DNA of 59,297 nucleotides from the NCBI RefSeq assembly GCF_001447785.1, contig NW_015176571.1, forward strand, positions 50,204 through 109,500, in the 5' to 3' direction. Shown one piece after another: positions 49,758-59,297 of this stretch. Source of the stretch: Gekko japonicus (lineage: Eukaryota). Positions within the stretch are counted from its first letter, which is position 1. The number at the start of each line of letters is the position of its first letter. Below the pieces are notes generated by a model that ran no database searches, was not told the origin of the DNA, and worked only from the letters and a program-made list of their open reading frames with translations. Both the position numbers and the translations under genes were made by a program.

Positions 49758-52700
49758 TTTTTTTTTAAATATATTTATTTCAGTTTTAAAATGCATTACA
49801 TCATGCATATAAATTTTGCGCATAGATATAACCATTACAGAGTTCCACAACATCTCGTTTAACTTATTACATCTTCTTAAACCATTTATAAAACTTTTCC
49901 CACCTATTAGCAAATATTGTTGTATCTTTGTATTGTAGTAATGTGGTTAACTTGTCCATTTCAATCACTTCCTGTATTTTAAAGATTAAATCTTTTTTAA
50001 ACGGTATCCCCCCTTGTTTCCAATTCTTGGCAAACAAAATACGTGCTGCAGTGACAATATATCCTAGAACATATTTTTCTTCCTTCCTATATTTTTCTGG
50101 CATTACATTTAACAGAAAAAATTCTGGTGTATATGGTATCTCAATTTTTAATATATCAGCTAACATTTTGTGTACTTTATGCCAGTATCTTTGGGACTCA
50201 GCGCACCTCCACCACATATGGTAGAAGGTGCCTACATTGTTTTTACACTTCCAACAATTTTTTGACAAAGTTGTATAGCATTTTGCTAGTTTGTCTGGTG
50301 ACCAATGCCAGCGGTGGCACATTTTAAATAGATTTTCCTTATAGGGAATAGANNNNNNNNNNNNNNNNNNNNNNNNNNNNNNNNNNNNNNNNNNNNNNNN
50401 NNNNNNNNNNNNNNNNNNNNNNNNNNNNNNNNNNNNNNNNNNNNNNNNNNNNNNNNNNNNNNNNNNNNNNNNNNNNNNNNNNNNNNNNNNNNNNNNNNNN
50501 NNNNNNNNNNNNNNNNNNNNNNNNNNNNNNNNNNNNNNNNNNNNNNNNNNNNNNNNNNNNNNNNNNNNNNNNNNNNNNNNNNNNNNNNNNNNNNNNNNNN
50601 NNNNNNNNNNNNNNNNNNNNNNNNNNNNNNNNNNNNNNNNNNNNNNNNNNNNNNNNNNNNNNNNNNNNNNNNNNNNNNNNNNNNNNNNNNNNNNNNNNNN
50701 NNNNNNNNNNNNNNNNNNNNNNNNNNNNNNNNNNNNNNNNNNNNNNNNNNNNNNNNNNNNNNNNNNNNNNNNNNNNNNNNNNNNNNNNNNNNNNNNNNNN
50801 NNNNNNNNNNNNNNNNNNNNNNNNNNNNNNNNNNNNNNNNNNNNNNNNNNNNNNNNNNNNNNNNNNNNNNNNNNNNNNNNNNNNNNNNNNNNNNNNNNNN
50901 NNNNNNNNNNNNNNNNNNNNNNNNNNNNNNNNNNNNNNNNNNNNNNNNNNNNNNNNNNNNNNNNNNNNNNNNNNNNNNNNNNNNNNNNNNNNNNNNNNNN
51001 NNNNNNNNNNNNNNNNNNNNNNNNNNNNNNNNNNNNNNNNNNNNNNNNNNNNNNNNNNNNNNNNNNNNNNNNNNNNNNNNNNNNNNNNNNNNNNNNNNNN
51101 NNNNNNNNNNNNNNNNNNNNNNNNNNNNNNNNNNNNNNNNNNNNNNNNNNNNNNNNNNNNNNNNNNNNNNNNNNNNNNNNNNNNNNNNNNNNNNNNNNNN
51201 NNNNNNNNNNNNNNNNNNNNNNNNNNNNNNNNNNNNNNNNNNNNNNNNNTGGAACACTTTGTGTTCATTCACCATTCACTATTACTTTTGCAAATTGTTC
51301 TGAATAGATCGCTCGAACCATGGTGTAAAAGGTTTCTCCACAGTCCCAACTTGCTAGTTTTTGTAGTATGAAGTTCCAATTAACTCTATCAAATGCCTTT
51401 TCGGCGTCTAAAAAGATTAGCGCCAGTTGTTTCCCAGGCTGTTGTTCGTAATATTCCAACACATTCATAATCACCCTTATATTGCTTTTCATTTGTCTTT
51501 TTGGGAGAAATCCTGCTTGGTCTTGGTGGATTATTTCTATTAATACCTTTTTCAATCTGGATGTGACTATTGCTGCGTAGATTTTATAATCGGCATTAAG
51601 TAATGAGATTGGTCTGTAGTTTTGGATTTCTTTTGCGTCAGAGTTTGGTTTATGTATTAGAGTAATCGATGCTTCCTTCCAAGATTGGGGCATTACTCCC
51701 CCTTGTATAATCTCATATATAACATCTTTAAGTGGGAGCAATAGTTGTTCTTCAAATTTATGGTATACTTCTATTGGTATACTATCAGGTCCTGGGGCTT
51801 TGTTTTTCTTCTGATTTCTAATTGCTTCAATTACTTCCGCGACTGATATTGGGCTATTTAATATTCGTTTTTGATTTTCATAAAATTTCTTGTTATGTAG
51901 TCTTTAGTTTTCTGTGGATTAAGAGGTTCTTGGTGATATAAGTTCCCATAGTATTTTTCAACTATTTCTTTGAGTTCACTATTGAGATTTTTCTCCGTTT
52001 GTTTATCATCTCTAAGTATTTTGATCAATTTTTTCACCTGTTCCTTTTTTAGTTTATATGCCAGCCATCTTGAGGGTTTGTTGGCATATTCGAAGAAATA
52101 TTGTTTTGTATATTCCAGTTTTCTGGCTATTTCCTGTGTTAAGATCAGATTTAATTTATGTTGCTGCAGATTCAGTTTGGATTTGAGATGTTCATTATAT
52201 CTGCCTTCTTTCATTTTGTCTTCTTCTTCCTTTATTGAATTTACTAATTTTGTATACTCATTTTTACGCTGTTTTTTCTCCCATGCGTCTTCAGTTATAA
52301 ATAAACCCCTCAAATAGGCTTTAAAAGTATCCCAGGTTGTTAGAATTGACGTCTCTGGTTGGATGTTATTTTCAAAAAACTCTTTAAGGTGGTTTTTAGT
52401 TTTTTCAACAAAGTTTTCTTTGTTCATTAGTCTTTTGTTCAGATGCCATCTTAATTTTTTATACGTTCCTAGTACAGACATCTTAACTGGATTATGATCT
52501 GCAAATGTAGATGGTAGTATTTCTATATCTTGTACTTCGTTGATTAAAGAAATTGATACCCAAATCATGTCGATTCTTGACCATGATTTATGTCTATTTG
52601 AAAAGAATGTAAAGTCCTTCTTATGTAGATTTTTCACTCTCCAGATATCTGCAAGGTTTTGTTCTTCAGCTAATTCTAGAAAGGACTTGGGAAGTATGTT

Positions 52701-55600
52701 ACCCCATTTTTTATTTTTCCCTGTATTTCTCCTATCTATTTTTGTTTCAAAAACTGCGTTGAAGTCTCCAACTACACAGAGTTCATCGAAAGACTGTAAT
52801 GATATTATTTCTTTTAAGGATTTGTAAAAATTTTCTTGATTCTGATTGGGTGCATATATGTTTACTATCATCATTTTCTTGTTTTTCCTAGTTATAGTTA
52901 TTGCTATTGTTCTACCGTCTGAAGATGTAAAAGCCAGTTCTGGATTACAATGTTCTTTGACGTATATGGCTACTCCTTTTTTCTTTTTCTTTTTATCTGC
53001 TGCATAAAATAGTTTCCCCAATTTTTTTGAGTTTAAGTATTTAGCATCTTCTTCTCGTATGTGTGTTTCCTGTAGACATATGATTTCAGCTTTTAATTTA
53101 TTTATTTGGTGATAAATTCGCCTCCGTTTTTGAGGGCTATTTAGGCCGTTAACATTTATTGTTAAGATATCAATCTTCTTATTTTTTTCCATAGTGGTTA
53201 CTTGTCTTGTTTAGCCTTGCTCTATATCTCGTAACCACATGTGATGGCGCAGGATAAGCTCTTCTCCGTTTGTCCTTTTTCTGAGTTTCCTTTCCTTGTT
53301 CTTCTTTGGGTTCGTTTTCATCTTCACCTGTTTCACTAGATTTTCCGCTTTCCTCCTCTCTTTCTCCTTCCCAACCAAGGTCTTCTCCATAATTTTCCAA
53401 AAAGTTTTGCACTTTAAATATGGAGTCTATTTTGAATCTTTTCCCCTTAAGTGTAAATAGTATTCCTTCAGGAAGGAGCCATCTATAGGGGATATTGTTC
53501 GTTCTTAATAAGTCCGTCAAGATATAGTATGTTTGCCTCTTCTCTCTAATTCTCCACGGTACGTCTTTCAAAATTTTTATCTCTATTTCGTTTATCTTAA
53601 TCGAATCGTTGCCTCGTATTTTTATCTCTATTTCGTTTATCTTAATTGTTGCCTCGTTAGAGGCCTTCAGGATTCTATCTCTCATGTGTCGTCTGCTAAA
53701 TTTTATTTGGACCTCTCTTGGGGTTTTATTTCTTCTTGAGAAAGCCGTATTTTTTCTATATATTGCCTCTACTTCTTTCTCTATTTCTTCATAAGTACCT
53801 ACTTTTAACTGTTGAGATATATTTTCTATGAGTTCCTCTTTTAAGTTTTTTTCTATAGTTTCAGGAACGTTCTGGCATCTAATGACTAAGGCTGCCTTGT
53901 CTAGTTCTAAATTCATCAAGGTTTCTTCTATCTTGCCTGTGGTGTGCTTTAGATCGTAGACTTCTTGATCTAACTCTTGGAGTTTGTCTTCTAGGCCTGC
54001 ATTATCTGTAACTATTTTCATAATTTCTTGCTTGTTTTCACTTATTTGCTTTTTAATTTCCTCCATATCTGATTTTATTTCTTCCCTATCTGTTTTCATT
54101 TGTTGTGAAATTTCAGAGATATTCTTTTGTATTGGTTCTAGGCCCTGTTTTATCATTTCACTCATTGTTGCTTGTAAAGGTTCAATTTCTTTTTTAAGTA
54201 GATCCGGTAATGCAGAGTCTAATATATGTTTTGTAGTTTGTTCTACTATGTCTTTGATTAGACTTTTCATTTCTTTACTTTGTGTCTGACCTGAGCTCAT
54301 TGTTCCAAACTTTAATTGGGTTTGGCCACTAGCCTGGCCAGGTGAGGTTAAAGAGCCTTTTCTAGGGCCACTGCCTCCAGTGGCCATTTAGTACTTTTTC
54401 CAAATCTTTATCTCTGGGCCCTAGAAACCTTTGTCTCTAGACCCTTGTGTTTGGTTTAACACTAGTTATATATATATATATATATTTCTCTCCCCAGAGC
54501 ACAAACACAGTTATACAGATATAACAGTTCTTTCTATTTTGTCAATATATCAAAACGTTTCTGTCTCTTAAATAGGTTGTCTCTATTTTTTTTATCTTTC
54601 AAGTCTTTAAGTCTTCTGCTAAATTCTGAGGCCTTTTCCCTTTAAGTTCAAACTTCCTCTTCTCAGTTCTCTTTCTTCGTTCTCTGCTCTACTCGCTTGA
54701 ACGGGCTAGTGTTCTGGGTCCTAGCACCGTCCGTCTGGTGTTTCCTCTGCTGCTGCGCACGCGCAGGCCTTTTACGCTGACGTCTGCTTCCCCACTCCGT
54801 CTGCCACCGTCTGGGTCGTCCCTGCTATGTCACCGGCTCCGCGCTCCGAGCTCCGCCCACTTCTCCTCTCCCGAAGCACCACCGCCACTCCACTCGGCCG
54901 CCTCTGCGATCCAAATGCCTCCCCGACTTTCCGGCAGCTCCGCAGCTCCACCGCTCCGCAGCTCCGCCCGATCGTCTCTACACCAAGGACAAAAGAGGAA
55001 AGAATCAGGGTCTAGCTAGCCGTTTTAATGGTAATAGTTATTTTAAAGCTATTAGATTGAAGCTTACTATGGTCTACTTTAAAGCAAACAAAGTTACGTC
55101 ACTCCGTTTTTTTAAACCGGTTCTTTTTAGTGTTACTTTAACCGGTGCAACTGCTGTGGCCAATTAAAGGGAACCTGTCCCTTTTCACTTTATCGGTTTG
55201 ACTTTGCGGTTTGGTAAAGTTTTATGGTTTGTAATTGCTGCCAACAATTTTTCTAAAGATATTAGGGTACTTAGCTTTGGTGGTACAGTGTTTTCTCTGT
55301 TGTTGGGTAACTCTCTTCGTTTCCCTCTGGTCGTGTCTTGAGCTCGTCGTCTAGCGTCGGGCGTTCTATTGTCTCCCGCGTTGAGGCATTTTCCCAGTTC
55401 CAAGAAAGGTTGCCTGCCTTCACTTTGGGCTGGAAATGAAGTCCCTTGCTTCTCTCTCTCCCCTCCGAGGAGAGAAAATTGGGGGAGAGTAGTAAATTCT
55501 CCTCCAGAATACAAATGCTCTTCAGGTAGCACAGATCAGTCTCTCTGGAGAAAACAGTGCACTCTGTCATTATACCCTGCTGAGGTCGCCACAGGAAACT
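49758..55600 (-). mobile_element. Near full-length L1 LINE (5' UTR, ORF1, disrupted ORF2, 3' UTR, polyA)
   Basis: ORF1 53179-54387. ORF2 from 53192 with APE motifs (NVNGLN, LQETH, GDFN, SRID, DH), RT motifs (YRPISLLNADYKI, LDAEKAFD) and C-terminal CWKC...HMWWRC. T-run at 49758-49766. 5' boundary approximate, no TSD found. Confidence 0.92.
53179..54387 (-). CDS. L1 ORF1p (402 aa, coiled coil plus RRM/CTD-like region), open
   Basis: Uninterrupted ORF. Heptad-rich N half, then NVPE and PREVQIKF motifs. Overlaps the ORF2 start by 14 nt. Confidence 0.88.
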   Translation of the reverse strand: MATGGSGPRKGSLTSPGQASGQTQLKFGTMSSGQTQSKEMKSLIKDIVEQTTKHILDSALPDLLKKEIEPLQATMSEMIKQGLEPIQKNISEISQQMKTDREEIKSDMEEIKKQISENKQEIMKIVTDNAGLEDKLQELDQEVYDLKHTTGKIEETLMNLELDKAALVIRCQNVPETIEKNLKEELIENISQQLKVGTYEEIEKEVEAIYRKNTAFSRRNKTPREVQIKFSRRHMRDRILKASNEATIKINEIEIKIRGNDSIKINEIEIKILKDVPWRIREKRQTYYILTDLLRTNNIPYRWLLPEGILFTLKGKRFKIDSIFKVQNFLENYGEDLGWEGEREEESGKSSETGEDENEPKEEQGKETQKKDKRRRAYPAPSHVVTRYRARLNKTSNHYGKK

Positions 55601-55605
55601 GACAC

Positions 55606-56665
55606 TATTTGCCCAAAGCCAGAGCACTCTCCCAGAGCCTCTTTCTAGATCCAGAGCTAATGACAGTTGAGGAAATCAGGAGTAGCCAACCGCCAGTGAG
55701 GATATGCAAAGTTGCTGGCTCAGCCTCTCTGATGGCTTCCAACACACTCCCCCCACCTCCTACACCTAGCAGGAGGTTATCTGTCAGGTGCAGCCCCACA
55801 TCCACAGTGACTTCTAATACTCCCCCCCTACACTGGACAGGCAGCTGCCTGTCAGGTGTAAGAGAGGAGGTAAGATGCTTACAGCCACTGGGGAGGTTTG
55901 CTCAGCAGGATTCCCTTAGCACTACTGCTGGCCCAGCCTCCCCGATGCCTTTAAATACCGGTGTCTGTCAGGTGTTGGAGCACGGCCAGGGTATGAATGT
56001 TTATGGGGAGATAGTAAAGGACATTTCTAGGAGCCATTTCGATGCATGCCTCCCTCATGAACCTGAAGAAATGTCCACCACATCACCACTCCCTCACACC
56101 AACTCCCCCTCACACCTCTCACCTCTTACTGCCCCCAAGAAAGCTCCTGGAAAACGTCAAGCCAGATACACCAATGCTACAAGAAGGAGGCAACTTAGGA
56201 ATGCGGCAAAGACAATTGCACATAGTACTCCTGCAGTGCACTGAGCTGCGCATGCCAAGTACCAGCAAGATCACCCTGAGGTGCTCAGAACAACACAGTC
56301 TCCATATGAGCAAAACAATCCAGGAACACAAGTAGAGAGGCCATCACTTTTGTGGAAGGTGGCAGGAGTTGACTTAACAGACGAGTGCTTCTTAAATGGG
56401 CAGTTCTATGTGGCCTGCTCCAGAGTGAGCTCATCAAGCAGCCTGGTGATCCTAGCACCTGAGGGCAGAACCACCAATGTGGTCTAGAGAGAGGTTTTTT
56501 GGTAGAGAGAGAAAAAGTACGTATGTCTCACTTCATTTCTTACACTACAATCTTCTCTGTTTAGAATTCCTACAATAAATGTCACATTTCAAATTTCACA
56601 TAATCAGCATTATAACTGGATTTATGGGACTTAAACACTGTAGCAAAGCACGGGTAGCAGGCTAG
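55606..56665 (+). mobile_element. Internally deleted Helitron remnant (5' boundary uncertain)
   Basis: KVAGVDLTDECFLNGQFYVACSRVSS...GRTTNVV matches the Helitron PIF1-like helicase C-terminus. Ends in degenerate hairpin CTGTAGCAAAGCACGG followed by CTAG|T at 56662-56666. Confidence 0.8.
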
Positions 56666-57817
56666 TCATCAATAAAATGGCCCTTAGTTAATCCCAGCTC
56701 CTATGTCCACCTCTTTATTTCAAAGGGGGGGGGAGGCAACAGCACTGCGCACTATTTGTCTCTTTCCACCTCCAATTACCAGACGAATGAGCCAAGGAAG
56801 CCACTAAAAATCTAAACAATCTTTATCTTCAGGGTCTGACCAACGGTTATGTATTTTTAACCGATAGTCTGCTAAAGCAACACATTATATCACATAATTC
56901 TTGCTTTATATATTTCCTGCTGCATCTAGTAGCTACATTATCCAGCAATGTGGGTTCTTCACTGTGCTCTGGGAAAATAATTATTGTTCAGAGGTTGAGA
57001 AAACCTGGCAAAAACAATATAGACCGGCGGAAAGAGGAAGAATTACTGGTACAAAGATGGAAAGAATACCTCCCCCTAGGAATAGGTGCTGCCGGTGAAA
57101 CACAAATGAGAGCTAGGAGGAAATTCATTAAAACTTTATAGACGGATATGTCTAGATCTGTGCTGGACCTTTATTGTCTACACTGGACTGCCAATCACAG
57201 TTACTGCATCCAGTTACTATATGCCATTCCCTAGGGGTCTGCAGCCTTCCTTTACAAAACAAAACAAAAAAGCTGTTAATAGTGTAATCCAAAGCAGACT
57301 TATACCTTTAAACTCCAATGACATATCTGTACTCTCTGCTTAGGACTGCACTATTAATCACTTGTAGTGTGCCAACCCAATGCCTCTATGTTTGCAAGAA
57401 CCCACCAGGATTAGTATACAAACTGCTGGCTCACAACCTGACCCCAATCTTGCTTCACAGGTGTACAATCTATTTACATTTTTAGTACATGCTGAATAAT
57501 AGAACATGGAACATATTCTCTGACTCAGGATAAGGATGCTCTTTCATTTTCTCTCTTTGTACTGGGCTTATACTTGTAATAAGCCTCTCACCCTCCACTG
57601 CTTGACACATGGTCAGGCAAATTATCTTCTGAAGTCGGTGGAAGTACCAAGAATTTGTTGTGTTGATAGACCCTTTCTGACTTAACCAACAGAGTAACTA
57701 AGTGGATATTACTATGGACAAGCAGTGGGGACAATGCTCCTTATTAAAGTTAGCAGGTCCTTATTCTAGGTAGCATAGTATCTATTACTACGAGGCTGTG
57801 TGGTAGAACATTGTGGG

Positions 57818-58023
57818 CAGTGTTCCCTCTAAGCTGAGTTAGTGCGAGCTAGCTCACAGTTTTTTAGCCTCCAGCTCACAGATTTTTGTCTTCACTCAGA
57901 AAGGATGGCTCCAGAGCAAACTAATTCATCCAGCAGCCAAATCGCTCGCTCACAACTTTAATGCCAGTGGCTCACCGAGTAGAAATTCTGCTCACAGGAC
58001 TCCACAGCTTAGAGGGAACATTG
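57818..58023. mobile_element. hAT-type MITE; inverted relative at about 36900-37105
   Basis: TIRs CAGTGTTCCCTCTAAGCTG / CAGCTTAGAGGGAACATTG. 8-bp TSD ATTGTGGG at 57810-57817 and 58024-58031. Confidence 0.9.
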
Positions 58024-59297
58024 ATTGTGGGTAATTTGTACTTTTATGTTTTTTACTTTGACTTTTAATTTTGTGAACTATGTGTTGCTCTCTCATGTGC
58101 CACAGATTTTGCTGTCATTACAGTGATCCCTTAATGCTGCTGTCCTTCAGGCTAAATGTCTTCCCTTTTGCTTTGGGGTAGTAATTAAGTGCACGGACTC
58201 TAGGCTGGGAGAACCGGTTTTGATTCCCCACTCCTCCACTTGCACCTGGCTGGATGACCTTGGGCAAGCCATAGTTCTGATAAGAGCTGTCCTTGAAAAA
58301 GATCAGTTTCTGCCAGAGTTCTCTCAGCCCCACCTGCTACCTCACAGGGTGTCTGTGGTGGGGAAGGGAAGGGAAAGGAGACTGTAAACTGCTCTGAGAC
58401 ACCTTTGGGTAGTGAAGGGCGGGGTATAAATCCAGTCTCTTTTTCTTCTTAATATTCATTTTTGTTGCTGGGAGGGTTGAAGCCAGTAGAGTTTGGGTTG
58501 CTGTTGTTTTGACTTGAATTGGATTGGGTAAGGTTTCCTTAGTGGTGGCATTGATTTTTTTTTTGTTTGTTTGTTTCTAAAAGGTTTCTGGGCCATTAAA
58601 TAGGACCATTAAATAGGCTGTTGTATTATTTCAGGAACTTTTTTTTTCTTTTTCTTTTAAAAAACTTTAAAATAATTTAACATAGGGCTGTAGTTGATAC
58701 CTGACTAGGCCGCAGGTAGGATACTGTTAAAAGAGGTGAGGTTTTCCTTCAAAGTAGCAGAATAAATAGGCCAGAACAGATTTGACTGAAAGAAAGCAGT
58801 GTCCTCCTGTGCATCTGACCTTCATTGACTTTCAATATCACCAATAATGACTTTATCTCCCTTCTCTTCCTGACCACTAGACTAGGTGTGACCTGCATTT
58901 ACTAACAGTGCGTCTGCCTTGGATTCTTTTTACTTTATTTTTTATACATACTTGGTAAATATAGTGATATCCTACTGAAGTGAGATCTGAAGTTGTAAAA
59001 CCTTTGGAATATTCTGAACTTGCCAAATGAATCAATGTTTATGTCAATGGCCATGCAAAACAACAACAACAACAACAACACACATAAGCAGCAGACACAT
59101 GAAAATTAAAGGAAACCTACTACAGCTGGGCCTTTAATCCCCAGCTTTTCACCCAAGTTGTTTTCATGCACACATTTGTGCAAGTTTGGGACCTTAGAAC
59201 ACCAGCATACTACTGAACTAAGATTCTGCAAAGGCAAAAAAGTCCACCAAAGAATATTCATCATCATTATCATCATTCTTTATTACGGTCATGGACC

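Noticed and set aside
49741-55610. Target-site duplication for the long L1
   Set aside because: Only a 6-bp AACTGA match, not adjacent to the polyA. Not convincing.

Overview
Vertebrate (not microbial) genomic DNA from a squamate reptile, probably a gecko, inferred from its repeat content (Sauria-type, tRNA- and 5S-derived SINEs, CR1, L1, L2, RTE/BovB, hAT MITEs). It holds two intact genes in tail-to-tail orientation. SRSF10 (+ strand) has six coding exons giving 262 aa, an AT-AC U12-type second intron and a candidate internal regulatory exon. PNRC2 (- strand) has a single coding exon of 137 aa plus non-coding 5' exons and a CpG-island promoter. A third, unannotated - strand gene resembling HHLA1 has one clear exon and several candidate exons and may be decaying. 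The rest is mostly transposon-derived: a decayed chromodomain Ty3/Gypsy element between the two 3' ends, a 3.1-kb foldback element with a 9-bp target-site duplication in PNRC2 intron 1, a near full-length L1, a truncated Mag-type Gypsy (LTR-PBS-gag), a Helitron remnant and Penelope-like fragments with a hammerhead motif. The most notable items are the foldback (Mutator-like) element and the HHLA1-like gene. Human protein comparisons are from memory and need confirming by alignment. Assembly gaps lie at 4571-4668, 8722-8853, 39500-39996 and 50353-51249.
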